Below are positions 37,784-46,831 of a stretch of 64,000 nt of DNA, one piece after another. The notes beneath the pieces are model-generated. The model saw nothing but the letters and a program-made list of their open reading frames with translations. It searched no databases and was not told the DNA's origin. Position numbers and translations under genes: made by a program. Each line of letters begins with the position of its first letter. Position 1 is the stretch's first letter. Origin of the DNA: a virus; the IMG/VR virus record IMGVR_UViG_3300050821_008386, positions 32,001 to 96,000 of that record. One strand, given 5' to 3'.

Positions 37784-40700
37784 TCACAATACCCGGCCCA
37801 TCCGCGCTGACTGACCCTGAATCGTGACTCTGATATTCCCAAACGCGTTGGCAGAGATTATTCCGGTCAGGAATATCTGGGCCGGAGACGACACGATGAT
37901 GGTGCCGAATTTTTCCGCGCTGACTATTCCTGAGAGTTGTACCGTAGCGGTCCCGGTCGGAACCAGAGTGAGCGTCCCAAACGCTTGCGCGGAAAGGATA
38001 CCAGTCAGGGAAATGAACTGGTCGCCAGTGTTCCCTATGGTATCCATCCCGAACTTTTCCGCGCTCTGTATTCCTGTGAGGAATATCTGAGCGGGAGAAA
38101 GGACTGTCGCCGTTCCAAATGTTTCTGCGGTAAGGATGCCGGATAGCGCAATGCTCGCCGGAGCTTGCACCGCGATGACACCGAACGTTTCCCCGCTGAT
38201 GATCCCACTGGCCTGACTGGTGAACGTCCCGGTCGCCTGAACCACCGTGGCCCCGAATGTTTCTGCGGAAAGAATGCCTGAGAGCGTGACGGTAGCCGGG
38301 GCAACCACCGTCGGGTGTCCGAACGTTTCCCCGCTGATAATTCCAGTCAGTTGCACCGTTCTGGAAGCTGTCACGCTGGCCTGCCCGAACGCGCTCGCGC
38401 TAACGATTCCGATCAGTCCGATGGTCTGAGGCGTTGGTCCGCCCGCAGGCGCTTTCAGGGCCAGAACCTGCATGATCCACGCCGAAGAAGTGCTCAGAGA
38501 TGCGGTGCCTGAAAATGATCCGGCAGAAGCCGCGATCCGGTCTTCTGTGATCAGGCGCGAGGTGAGATCACGTTGAGTGTAACCTGATCCTGCGGTCAAA
38601 GGGCCACCCGCTGAACTCGCTGCCCCAACCAGAATATCGTTCCCTTGCGTGGTAGTGAACGGTCCTGTGGTTGGCGCGGTCGAGGTGCCGGTATTGGTGC
38701 TCTTGACGTCCAGAGACGATGTACCGGTCAGACCAGCGTATTCCATTACCGCCATGTCGATATTGGTGGCAGTCCCTGAAAACGTCACGGTAACCGGGTT
38801 AAATCCTGTGGGAGCAGTGGATGCTGGAGGATCGACTCCGTTGACGAACCTGTACCCGGCGGGGAGGATCACGCTAGTGAACGTCGTCGTCTGCTGCGGA
38901 TTAGTCGGATCGACCGGCGGCCAGGTCAATGTTCCGAACCAAGTTGGCTTTGACGTCATTAATAGAGAATTCGGAACCGTCTGGGTGGTCGCGTTAAACC
39001 ATATCGTCCCGGTGTTTCCGGCACCCGCCACAGTCGCGCAGTTGTAATCTCCCGCGATGATGCTTGTGGTGTACGGAAGGCTATTGTCAGATCCTCCACC
39101 TCCGTCAGCTAAAGAACTGTATCCAAAGGTGTACCCATACGACCCATCATCATATGATCTGGAAGTATTGGCCGCTATGAGAGCGGTCATCGTCAGATGC
39201 GTAGAACCGTCGTTGTAATGGGTTGTCCCAGTTAACAACTGTTTTGACCCTGCAACGTTCCCTATGAATACCGGGTAGGTGTTCTGCAGGTCTATGTCAA
39301 AACAGAAAAGAGCTTGGTAGGTCCACATTTGCGTCCCAAAAGCCCCTCTGCCGGTCGGTGGCGTTACTGGAACCCAAGTGGTGCCGGTCGCCCAGTTTCT
39401 GATATAACAGGCATGACTGTTGGATCCCCAGATGTCGTCGCTGTAGATATGCGGGCAGACGTTCCCCTCAAACAGGTTCATCAGCGGATGCGCGCCGTGA
39501 TTGGGGTTTATTCCAGGATAATTTGCTTGAGGCGTGTTGGCGTCAAACGATCCGCCTATCCAGTTATACGCAACCACGTTACCGGACGCTCCCCATTCCA
39601 GCATGATGCCGACGTGCCCGTGGTAGATGACGTTGTCTATGACAAGATTCCCGCTAGATTTGCTGGTTATATCGATGTCGCTGTCCGTCTGGCCGGGAGC
39701 GTGCAGATAAGCGTCGTGAAAATTGCTGTGCCTTATCTCGCACCTGATTGCGAAATGGAAATCAGCAAAGTCGTTCCCGGTGTAATTGACCTCTATGTTG
39801 TTAACCCAGCAGTAAAGTGATGAGAAAAACCTGAGAGTACCGGCTCCGTTTCCCTGCCCCCCGTAGTTGCTGCTGTTATTGTATATCGTCAGGTTCTCTA
39901 ATCCTGCTCGAACGCATTCCGTGGTGAATGGAATAGCTAACGGAGTCTGGTTGTACGCCCAATAAAGCGGAGGATCAATACCTATGGTTGTTCCGTTGAC
40001 AGAGGTGACGAGCGTGGTCTGACCCATTGCTCGTGTCCCGTTGTACAAGTCGTCGTCAACCCAGTTTGCGGTGCCCTCGCCGCCGACATTCGATACCGGG
40101 ATAGAGGCGTCGTTCAACTGGCTGATGATCAGAGTTTTCCCAACGCTGATATTGGCAGCGCTTGAGACAACGATACTGGTAGATCCTTGAGTAAGTCCTC
40201 CGGTGATCGATACCTGATTTGTCGTGGTGGGTGCCGTGTCACTCAGCGATCCAAACGCCACGTTAGCATTACCCGATCCCGTGTAATTGAGGAGAGTAAA
40301 GGTGGTTTGCTGATTCGTTCCGACCGGTCCTCCCATGGATTGAGGGCCCGCGCCACGCAAAACTTTTCCAGAAGGAATCTGTATGCCCGCACCAGCAATT
40401 TGGAAGGTTCCCGGTCCTAGAAGGACCACGCTGTTTACAGGTGCGGCAACCAGCGCAGCATTGATCGCCGCCGTCTGGTCTGCGCCCGTGGTAGTGATCG
40501 TGGCATTGATCGGCCAACCTGCGGACGGAATACCTCCGGGAATACCGGAAATAGTCCAGTCGATGAACCTTCCAGAAGGTATGATCGGACTGCTCACGGT
40601 GGGCTGGATCACCACAATTTTCGGATGATCGCTTAACGGGAGGCCAGAGATGGTCATTACCCCGCCAGAGAGCGTGTGACTGTACGCTGAAAGCGGCGTC

Positions 40701-41824
40701 GAGACGCAGAGGATCAGGTCGTAGAGGTACGATGAATTCGAGAACGTGCCAGTGTAGGGAAAACTCACCGTGCAAGTACCCGAGGTCGGAGGAGCGTTGA
40801 CAGAAGCGTTCCCTACCCAATAAGCGGCAATCGTTTTGGTTGAACCCGTGTAAAGGTATCCGAACGGTTGAACCGGTGCCGTGTAGGTGACGCTGACGTT
40901 ACTGATCGTGAGGCCAGAGGTGGTGTACTGATTTGCCGTCCCGGTCACGCCCTGCATCGCGTTGATGAACCGCATGTACAGCCCGTACGCCAGTTTGAAC
41001 GCGCCACCCGAAAGAGTGACACCAAACAGGTCCGTGCCCGAGTTGTCCATGTACTCGTAGATGAAGCTGTGCTCGACGTTGAACGCGGTCAGCATGCAGA
41101 GACGCCGCAACAGGTAACAGGCTTGCTGATCTTGACTGAGTCCGGTCACCGTTTCCGCGCCCCATTCGGTTTCCCAGATTGGCAACGCGGTCGCGGCATT
41201 CAGCGCCGCAATCCATTGGGGATATTCGTTGGTGTACGTGTTGTAGGGCGGTTCGTAGACAAGTTCAGGGACAATATCCGGTGAAGTACCCGGATCATAC
41301 GGATGAACCACTACACCGTTCATCGTGGCTTGTGGTAAGAGGTTCAGGATGGTTGACCCCTGATATCCCAGTCCGATTACCTGACAATTGGTGTTGGTCA
41401 CCGCTACCGCTGCGTAAACCGTATTAACTAAAGTGATGTAGTTCTGTTCGCCGGCAGTGGTATTGAACGCCGAAATATTGTTCGGTTCATTTAAGATCTC
41501 GACTGCGCCGACAATCCCCGCGTAATGGCCTGCAAACCACGCGCAAAACGCTGCCATCTGCGTCGGGTCATACGGAGGATTGGTCCCGACCGCTGCGTTA
41601 GATCCAATGATCGCCACGACCTGTAAACCGGCGGCGCCTGCGGCTTGTAACCACCCGTCATCGGTGGTGTCAGTCTGGAATACGCCGTTACTCGGGTTCA
41701 TCGAGGCCCAACTGACGTCGTCACGAATCCATCCTACACCGGTCGCGGCAACCGCTGGCATCAAGGTTTTAGACCAACCTTGGCCGAAATGTGTCGCAAA
41801 CCCGAACCGTGTATCTCCTGCCAT
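37784..41824 (-). CDS. Multidomain depolymerase-like virion protein: GH-A hydrolase + pectin-lyase-like beta-helix + half beta-domain + LxGIxSAExFG repeats
   Basis: VEILNEPN / HPY / IWETE; DQTAAINAAL..VVLLGPGTF..VLRGAG and SGNVVAYN / NLFEGN; about nine C-terminal repeats. Confidence 0.85.
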   Translation of the reverse strand: MAGDTRFGFATHFGQGWSKTLMPAVAATGVGWIRDDVSWASMNPSNGVFQTDTTDDGWLQAAGAAGLQVVAIIGSNAAVGTNPPYDPTQMAAFCAWFAGHYAGIVGAVEILNEPNNISAFNTTAGEQNYITLVNTVYAAVAVTNTNCQVIGLGYQGSTILNLLPQATMNGVVVHPYDPGTSPDIVPELVYEPPYNTYTNEYPQWIAALNAATALPIWETEWGAETVTGLSQDQQACYLLRRLCMLTAFNVEHSFIYEYMDNSGTDLFGVTLSGGAFKLAYGLYMRFINAMQGVTGTANQYTTSGLTISNVSVTYTAPVQPFGYLYTGSTKTIAAYWVGNASVNAPPTSGTCTVSFPYTGTFSNSSYLYDLILCVSTPLSAYSHTLSGGVMTISGLPLSDHPKIVVIQPTVSSPIIPSGRFIDWTISGIPGGIPSAGWPINATITTTGADQTAAINAALVAAPVNSVVLLGPGTFQIAGAGIQIPSGKVLRGAGPQSMGGPVGTNQQTTFTLLNYTGSGNANVAFGSLSDTAPTTTNQVSITGGLTQGSTSIVVSSAANISVGKTLIISQLNDASIPVSNVGGEGTANWVDDDLYNGTRAMGQTTLVTSVNGTTIGIDPPLYWAYNQTPLAIPFTTECVRAGLENLTIYNNSSNYGGQGNGAGTLRFFSSLYCWVNNIEVNYTGNDFADFHFAIRCEIRHSNFHDAYLHAPGQTDSDIDITSKSSGNLVIDNVIYHGHVGIMLEWGASGNVVAYNWIGGSFDANTPQANYPGINPNHGAHPLMNLFEGNVCPHIYSDDIWGSNSHACYIRNWATGTTWVPVTPPTGRGAFGTQMWTYQALFCFDIDLQNTYPVFIGNVAGSKQLLTGTTHYNDGSTHLTMTALIAANTSRSYDDGSYGYTFGYSSLADGGGGSDNSLPYTTSIIAGDYNCATVAGAGNTGTIWFNATTQTVPNSLLMTSKPTWFGTLTWPPVDPTNPQQTTTFTSVILPAGYRFVNGVDPPASTAPTGFNPVTVTFSGTATNIDMAVMEYAGLTGTSSLDVKSTNTGTSTAPTTGPFTTTQGNDILVGAASSAGGPLTAGSGYTQRDLTSRLITEDRIAASAGSFSGTASLSTSSAWIMQVLALKAPAGGPTPQTIGLIGIVSASAFGQASVTASRTVQLTGIISGETFGHPTVVAPATVTLSGILSAETFGATVVQATGTFTSQASGIISGETFGVIAVQAPASIALSGILTAETFGTATVLSPAQIFLTGIQSAEKFGMDTIGNTGDQFISLTGILSAQAFGTLTLVPTGTATVQLSGIVSAEKFGTIIVSSPAQIFLTGIISANAFGNIRVTIQGQSARMGRVL

Positions 41825-41825
41825 G

Positions 41826-44141
41826 CTAGATAGGGGAAGTGTACATCCATTGGGTTAAGGTTCCTACCGTGGTCGGGCCTGCTTGCAAAGTGTACGTGTG
41901 CCCTGCCTGATCGGTCAGCGAGGTGATAGTGATCGCCGCAGTGCTGGCAGTCGCGATCACGATGACGTTCAAGTCGCCTATCGTTTGTGCCGCAGTGAAC
42001 GGCACCGTCAAGGTATTGGTTGCGGTCGTGCTGCCCGTCGCGCCCTGAACGAATTGCGGAGGCGTATTGGTTGTGGTGCCCGAAACCGAGGTCGAGAACG
42101 GGCTCGTGTTAGGGATCGGGTTAGTAGCCGAAACCCGATACCAGTAAGTGGTCGAGGGAGAAAGTCCGGTATCGGTGAAGGTCAGCCCTGTTCCAGTGCC
42201 GGGTATGGCGGACCCTCCTGTCACTGTCGCGTACGTCCCGGCTTGGGTGGTGCTTCTCTGGAGGTTGTAGGTAAGTTGGGTAGCCGGGAAACCGGTGTCC
42301 GTGGTGTCCGGCCAGACAACGGTCAATGAAGTCGAGGACGCTGCGGTCACCGAAGTGATGGTCGGTTGCACCGGAGTGCTGTTTGGCGCAGAAGGGGTCG
42401 TGACCGCTGCGGCAATCGATACGTACGCCGATATATTAGGAGGCGAGGTGGTATCTTCTGACCGCATCCTGAAGTTGTACGTGGTCAGGGCGGCAAGCCC
42501 AGTCACCGTGAATGTCGTCACCCCTACCGGAACCGTCCCAAGCTGGGTAAACGTCGAGAATGTCCCGCCCGAAATCTCGATCGGATAAAGAATCTGGGAG
42601 GGCGACAACCCTTGTTGGCCTGTTCCCGTGTCGGTTGATCCGGTCCAGGTCAGGGTAATCGACGCTGAAGACGCTGGCGTGCCCGCGAAGTTGGATGGAA
42701 GGGTCGGAGGGACAGTAGCAGGAGAACCTACCGCTGCCTTGAACGCGATTGCGGACGAGTTAATTCCGTCCGAGGTCGGCGTTATATTCGCCTGGTAGGT
42801 GTTGGTCCAATTGAACGGGACGGCGACATTGGCTGTGGGATTGTAGTAAAACCCGTTCCCGTCCGAGTTATCCATCACGTCGACGTCGGTTTGGCCACCG
42901 TAGGTCGTAGTGACAAAAGTCGCCGCGCCGGAAGACGTAGCGTTGGGACTGTCCAGAGAAGTGGTCGGTCCCGTTCCGTTAGTCGCTTGCGCGATGATTA
43001 AGCCATTCGCAGTCGACGGAGTGATTGTCGGGAATCCCGTAAACGAATGAGTACCTTGACTGGTCGAAATCGTGGTCTGACTCTGGGGTATTCCAGCAAC
43101 AGAGTCGTAGGGAGACGTCTGCGCACCTATGATGTCGTACATGATGAACGACAAGAAATAACCGCTCGGCAACGTCGGGGTGATCGTCATCGTATCGGTG
43201 GCAGTCGTGACATTAGCGGCGTACCAATACTGTCCGTAAGCCCCGGTTCCGCTCGGGTCTGGTGCCTTAGTCCATGTCAAAGCAGGAGAAGTGGTGACCG
43301 CAGAAACGTTTTGAGCGCTCGGTTGGAAGGTGGTAGATAAAACGAGAAGGTTGCCACGCGTAGGCCAACGCATAAACGTCGTCGGGTTCGCGCCCGCCGA
43401 CATCAATTCGTGCTGGATTCCAAGCACTCGAATACCGGAAGAAGGAGGAGCCGTTCCAGATGATGTTGTGGCAGGTATAAAGACCACCGTGATGCAGTTA
43501 AAAGTGTCCCCAGACCCGCCAACGGCGATTGTCGGATTTACGCTTACGCTTCCTGTGCTGATCTGGTATTGAGTGCAGTATCCCCACTGGATGCCGCACG
43601 TCATGAACGTGAACCCGGTCGATTTCGTGATCTGTGTGACGTTACGATTCGCGTTCTGTCCCGCGCTATCGATCATGCACATGTAGATCAGGTCGCCTGC
43701 GGTCGGGACCACGGCACCGGAAGAGATCGTGGTTGTTCCGGTAGAACTGCCATTAGTGGTTCTGACCGGAGATGACATTGCTACGTTGTAGAATTCCGCG
43801 AGAGAAAAATGTCCGTCGAAAACCGCTTTATCGAACGTGATCGTGATCTGTTTACATGGTTTAGAGTTCGGAACGTAGTAAATCGAGGTAATCGTCCCTC
43901 CCGTTCCGCTAGGGGTATTGACGCTTTTTGCTAAGGTCCAGGTGTTGCTTCCCCCAGAGGCATCGTCTGCGATGGTGATCGTGCGCCCGGTGACGAAATC
44001 AGCGCTCACCTCCATGATGAGCAGGTTCCCGACCAGAGTCGTGTTTGGGAACGATATATGGAACGGATTGCCGGTGAATCCTTCTTCGGATTCGTTTACA
44101 AAACTGCTAAGCGTCTGAACCAGTGTTGGTGTCGCTGGCAT
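41826..44141 (-). CDS. Virion appendage protein with beta-rich domains and two FN3 domains
   Basis: ITLTW..VTGLAALTTYNFRMRSED and LTVVW..FTDTGLSPSTTYWYRVSATN; N-terminal about 470 aa paralogous to 44143-46203. Confidence 0.8.
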   Translation of the reverse strand: MPATPTLVQTLSSFVNESEEGFTGNPFHISFPNTTLVGNLLIMEVSADFVTGRTITIADDASGGSNTWTLAKSVNTPSGTGGTITSIYYVPNSKPCKQITITFDKAVFDGHFSLAEFYNVAMSSPVRTTNGSSTGTTTISSGAVVPTAGDLIYMCMIDSAGQNANRNVTQITKSTGFTFMTCGIQWGYCTQYQISTGSVSVNPTIAVGGSGDTFNCITVVFIPATTSSGTAPPSSGIRVLGIQHELMSAGANPTTFMRWPTRGNLLVLSTTFQPSAQNVSAVTTSPALTWTKAPDPSGTGAYGQYWYAANVTTATDTMTITPTLPSGYFLSFIMYDIIGAQTSPYDSVAGIPQSQTTISTSQGTHSFTGFPTITPSTANGLIIAQATNGTGPTTSLDSPNATSSGAATFVTTTYGGQTDVDVMDNSDGNGFYYNPTANVAVPFNWTNTYQANITPTSDGINSSAIAFKAAVGSPATVPPTLPSNFAGTPASSASITLTWTGSTDTGTGQQGLSPSQILYPIEISGGTFSTFTQLGTVPVGVTTFTVTGLAALTTYNFRMRSEDTTSPPNISAYVSIAAAVTTPSAPNSTPVQPTITSVTAASSTSLTVVWPDTTDTGFPATQLTYNLQRSTTQAGTYATVTGGSAIPGTGTGLTFTDTGLSPSTTYWYRVSATNPIPNTSPFSTSVSGTTTNTPPQFVQGATGSTTATNTLTVPFTAAQTIGDLNVIVIATASTAAITITSLTDQAGHTYTLQAGPTTVGTLTQWMYTSPI

Positions 44142-44142
44142 G

Positions 44143-46203
44143 TCACGGGAACAGGAAGTGCGGGTTAGTCGCTACTGTCGGGTTGATAGCCGTGACTCCC
44201 GGCTTAAACGCAAACGCCTGGAACGAAGCGGTGTTCGGGAGTGAACTTGAGTTAAACGTCCACTGCCATGTCAGCGTGCTGGTGTTGGGGTTGTAGTAAT
44301 GACTGTACCCGTCCGCGTTGACCAAGTTGTCCGCATCAGTCTGCCCGGTGTACGTGTCGGCGTCGAATGAACCTGAAGGGGTTAATAACGCCGTGGTCGG
44401 GCCTGCGCCGTTTTCCACGAAACCGAACACAATACCGTTGGAGACAGACGGAGTGATCGTCGCGGAACTGAAGGTTTCATTTACCGGAAGCGTGGTTCCG
44501 GTAGTGATGGTGATTTGTTGTTGAGGTATCCCGGCAGTCGAGTCATACGGACTGGTAGCCGCATTGACGATGTCGTAAAACTGGACGGTCAAAAACGGAT
44601 TAGCCGTAACCGTTGGCGTCATCGTCAGGTTGTCGCCGGGAGTAGCGTTGGCGCAATACCACATCTGACCGTATGCCGTGGTGTTAGTGCCAGCGACATG
44701 GGTCCAGGTATTTCCCAGATTGGACGCGTTCGCTGTCCAATTCATCTGGGTCGTATTGAAGTTGGTGTAGGCGACGAAGAGGTTTCCTTTGGTCGCAAAC
44801 TGCAGTATCCCGGCGTTACCGCTCGGGTTATCGATCAAGGTCGTCCACCGATTGACCACCCGCATGGCGGTCGAGGACGGAGCGGTGCCTGCGCTCGCCG
44901 CTTTGAAAGCTACCGCGAAACAAACGAATAAATCGGTCGATCCGGCCAGTGAACAAGTGGCGTTAATCGCCGCCGCAGTGGTCTGAATCGTGTAATGGAG
45001 GCATTTCGCGGTCGTCTGATCGTTCGTGTACGAGGTCAGTGGTCGGAATCCGGGCCCTGCAGCGTACGAACTGGCTAAAGGGGTGTTGGTATCCCAATCG
45101 TTCGCGTAAACGAGGATCAAATCGCCGCTCGAACCCGGTGTAAACGATCCAGAAGAGAGCGTAGGACCATTTCCTAACAGATTATTGGCTCCCGAACCGT
45201 CTTCAGGACTGCTGGTCGCAATATTGTAGTACTCCAGAATCTCAAATGTCGAGAAAGTCTGGGTGCCAAACGTGAATGTGACCTTTTGGACGCCTGCACT
45301 AGCGTTTGCGAGGTAGAAAACCCAGTGTGTCGTAAAATTTGAGCCGTCCGAAAGAGGGTATCCGGTCGCTTTGGTCCAGGTATGGCTTTGATCGTCGGTA
45401 ACAGTCAGGGTTTGCGAGGTCTGGAACCCGGCAGAGACAAAAGCGATCAGGCAATTATTGGCTAAAGTCGGATTAGGGTAATTGATGAAGTAGGGACCTC
45501 CCGAAACCGCGCCTGAAGCAGCAGTGGAAGCATGCTGAACCATGGTCGGGATGGTTCCCGTAAATACCGGAGCGGTTTTCTGGATCGCTACCTGCCCAAC
45601 TACCCACCAATCGTTGGTCGCGCTCACCGTTGCCGTGTGCGCGGTCGCGCTGGCACTCGTTTTGATCGTGTAGACCAGCGATTTCTTATTGGTCGCCGTG
45701 GTGACCGCAACTGTCCCGGAGGTCACCGTGGTGACACCGCCAGTGCCGGTCGTGATAAACCCGATCACCAGCGTATTGGCAGTCACCGTGGTCATCGATT
45801 GGGATGCCGTAGTGGTATGGCCCGTGGTCGCGGTTCCCAGAACGTCTACATACCCGAATCCGTTATCGCTTGTCCATGAACCGACGCAAACCGTAGCGGT
45901 AGCTTGTGACGCAGCGAATTTGACCGTGACCGTATTGGCGCTAGATGCCGCGGCGGCGACATTGGCACACACGTAAATCGTCTGCATGCCGCCGGCAGCG
46001 TTACCAGCGTTCTGATTGGCGTACGCCTGATAATAGATATTGGATTCAGTGTCGGTAACCGAATTGATTACCTGCGTCAGGCCCGAGGTCCAGATCGAGA
46101 CGGCGATCAGATCGCCTGCCGACTGCGCCCACGTCATCACCGTGGTATAGGTCGCGGAAGCTGCATTCTCGGTGGAAGCCGCGTTGACGAAAGTGATTGC
46201 CAT
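44143..46203 (-). CDS. Virion appendage protein, three beta-rich domains
   Basis: MAITFV..GDLIAV..SVTDTESNIY; shares SPYDSxAGIPQ and TYxGQTDxD with the downstream gene. Confidence 0.75.
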   Translation of the reverse strand: MAITFVNAASTENAASATYTTVMTWAQSAGDLIAVSIWTSGLTQVINSVTDTESNIYYQAYANQNAGNAAGGMQTIYVCANVAAAASSANTVTVKFAASQATATVCVGSWTSDNGFGYVDVLGTATTGHTTTASQSMTTVTANTLVIGFITTGTGGVTTVTSGTVAVTTATNKKSLVYTIKTSASATAHTATVSATNDWWVVGQVAIQKTAPVFTGTIPTMVQHASTAASGAVSGGPYFINYPNPTLANNCLIAFVSAGFQTSQTLTVTDDQSHTWTKATGYPLSDGSNFTTHWVFYLANASAGVQKVTFTFGTQTFSTFEILEYYNIATSSPEDGSGANNLLGNGPTLSSGSFTPGSSGDLILVYANDWDTNTPLASSYAAGPGFRPLTSYTNDQTTAKCLHYTIQTTAAAINATCSLAGSTDLFVCFAVAFKAASAGTAPSSTAMRVVNRWTTLIDNPSGNAGILQFATKGNLFVAYTNFNTTQMNWTANASNLGNTWTHVAGTNTTAYGQMWYCANATPGDNLTMTPTVTANPFLTVQFYDIVNAATSPYDSTAGIPQQQITITTGTTLPVNETFSSATITPSVSNGIVFGFVENGAGPTTALLTPSGSFDADTYTGQTDADNLVNADGYSHYYNPNTSTLTWQWTFNSSSLPNTASFQAFAFKPGVTAINPTVATNPHFLFP

Positions 46204-46204
46204 A

Positions 46205-46831
46205 TCAGCCTGCTACCAAGGTCCATCCTGTGGTGGACATGTAATCGGGTTCGGGACTGTTGCCGCCGGTCAACCGTAAGTACGAGACAAGATTAGAAGT
46301 CCTGACGTGTTGTGGTCCGACAGCTTTAGCCAAAGACGCGACATCGGTTGCGGACAGTGCGGCACCGTAAATCATCGGAAACGCGATCGTCCCCAGCGTT
46401 CCCGCAGCGACTGCTCCGTTGAATTTGACGCTTCCTATATAGCTCGAATCGCAGGTTCCGGGGGTAACCGAAACCGTACTATTTGTTGATCCTCCTCCGT
46501 TGACGTAACAGGTCCTCGAGGTAGCGCTGGTGAAGACGCAGGCCACATGATAAGTGGTCGACGCTGACAGGGTGGTTGAGGATGCCGCAGTATTGTCAGT
46601 CGTGCTGCCCGCGTCATTGGAGATGTAACAGCACATCTTCGCGGAAGCGGTTAAAAACTTCATCGCAAACAAGCTGAAATGGGTCGAGGTGCCGCTGGCG
46701 ATCCCCATCACATACGCGTCCGCGCTGATCGACGAAGGAGTGGTGAATAAACAGCAAAAGGTCATCGGTGCCGCTGAGACCAGCGCCGATGCTTTGGTTA
46801 TGTAGTTGGCACCGTCAAATGTGAGAGCCAT
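46205..46831 (-). CDS. LamG / concanavalin A-like domain protein
   Basis: YHVACVFTSATSRTCYVNG..GTIAFPMIYGAALS; paralogous to the N-terminus of 6138-8918 (ITSATSRTIYLNG..GSIAFPAIWNTALS). Confidence 0.8.
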   Translation of the reverse strand: MALTFDGANYITKASALVSAAPMTFCCLFTTPSSISADAYVMGIASGTSTHFSLFAMKFLTASAKMCCYISNDAGSTTDNTAASSTTLSASTTYHVACVFTSATSRTCYVNGGGSTNSTVSVTPGTCDSSYIGSVKFNGAVAAGTLGTIAFPMIYGAALSATDVASLAKAVGPQHVRTSNLVSYLRLTGGNSPEPDYMSTTGWTLVAG

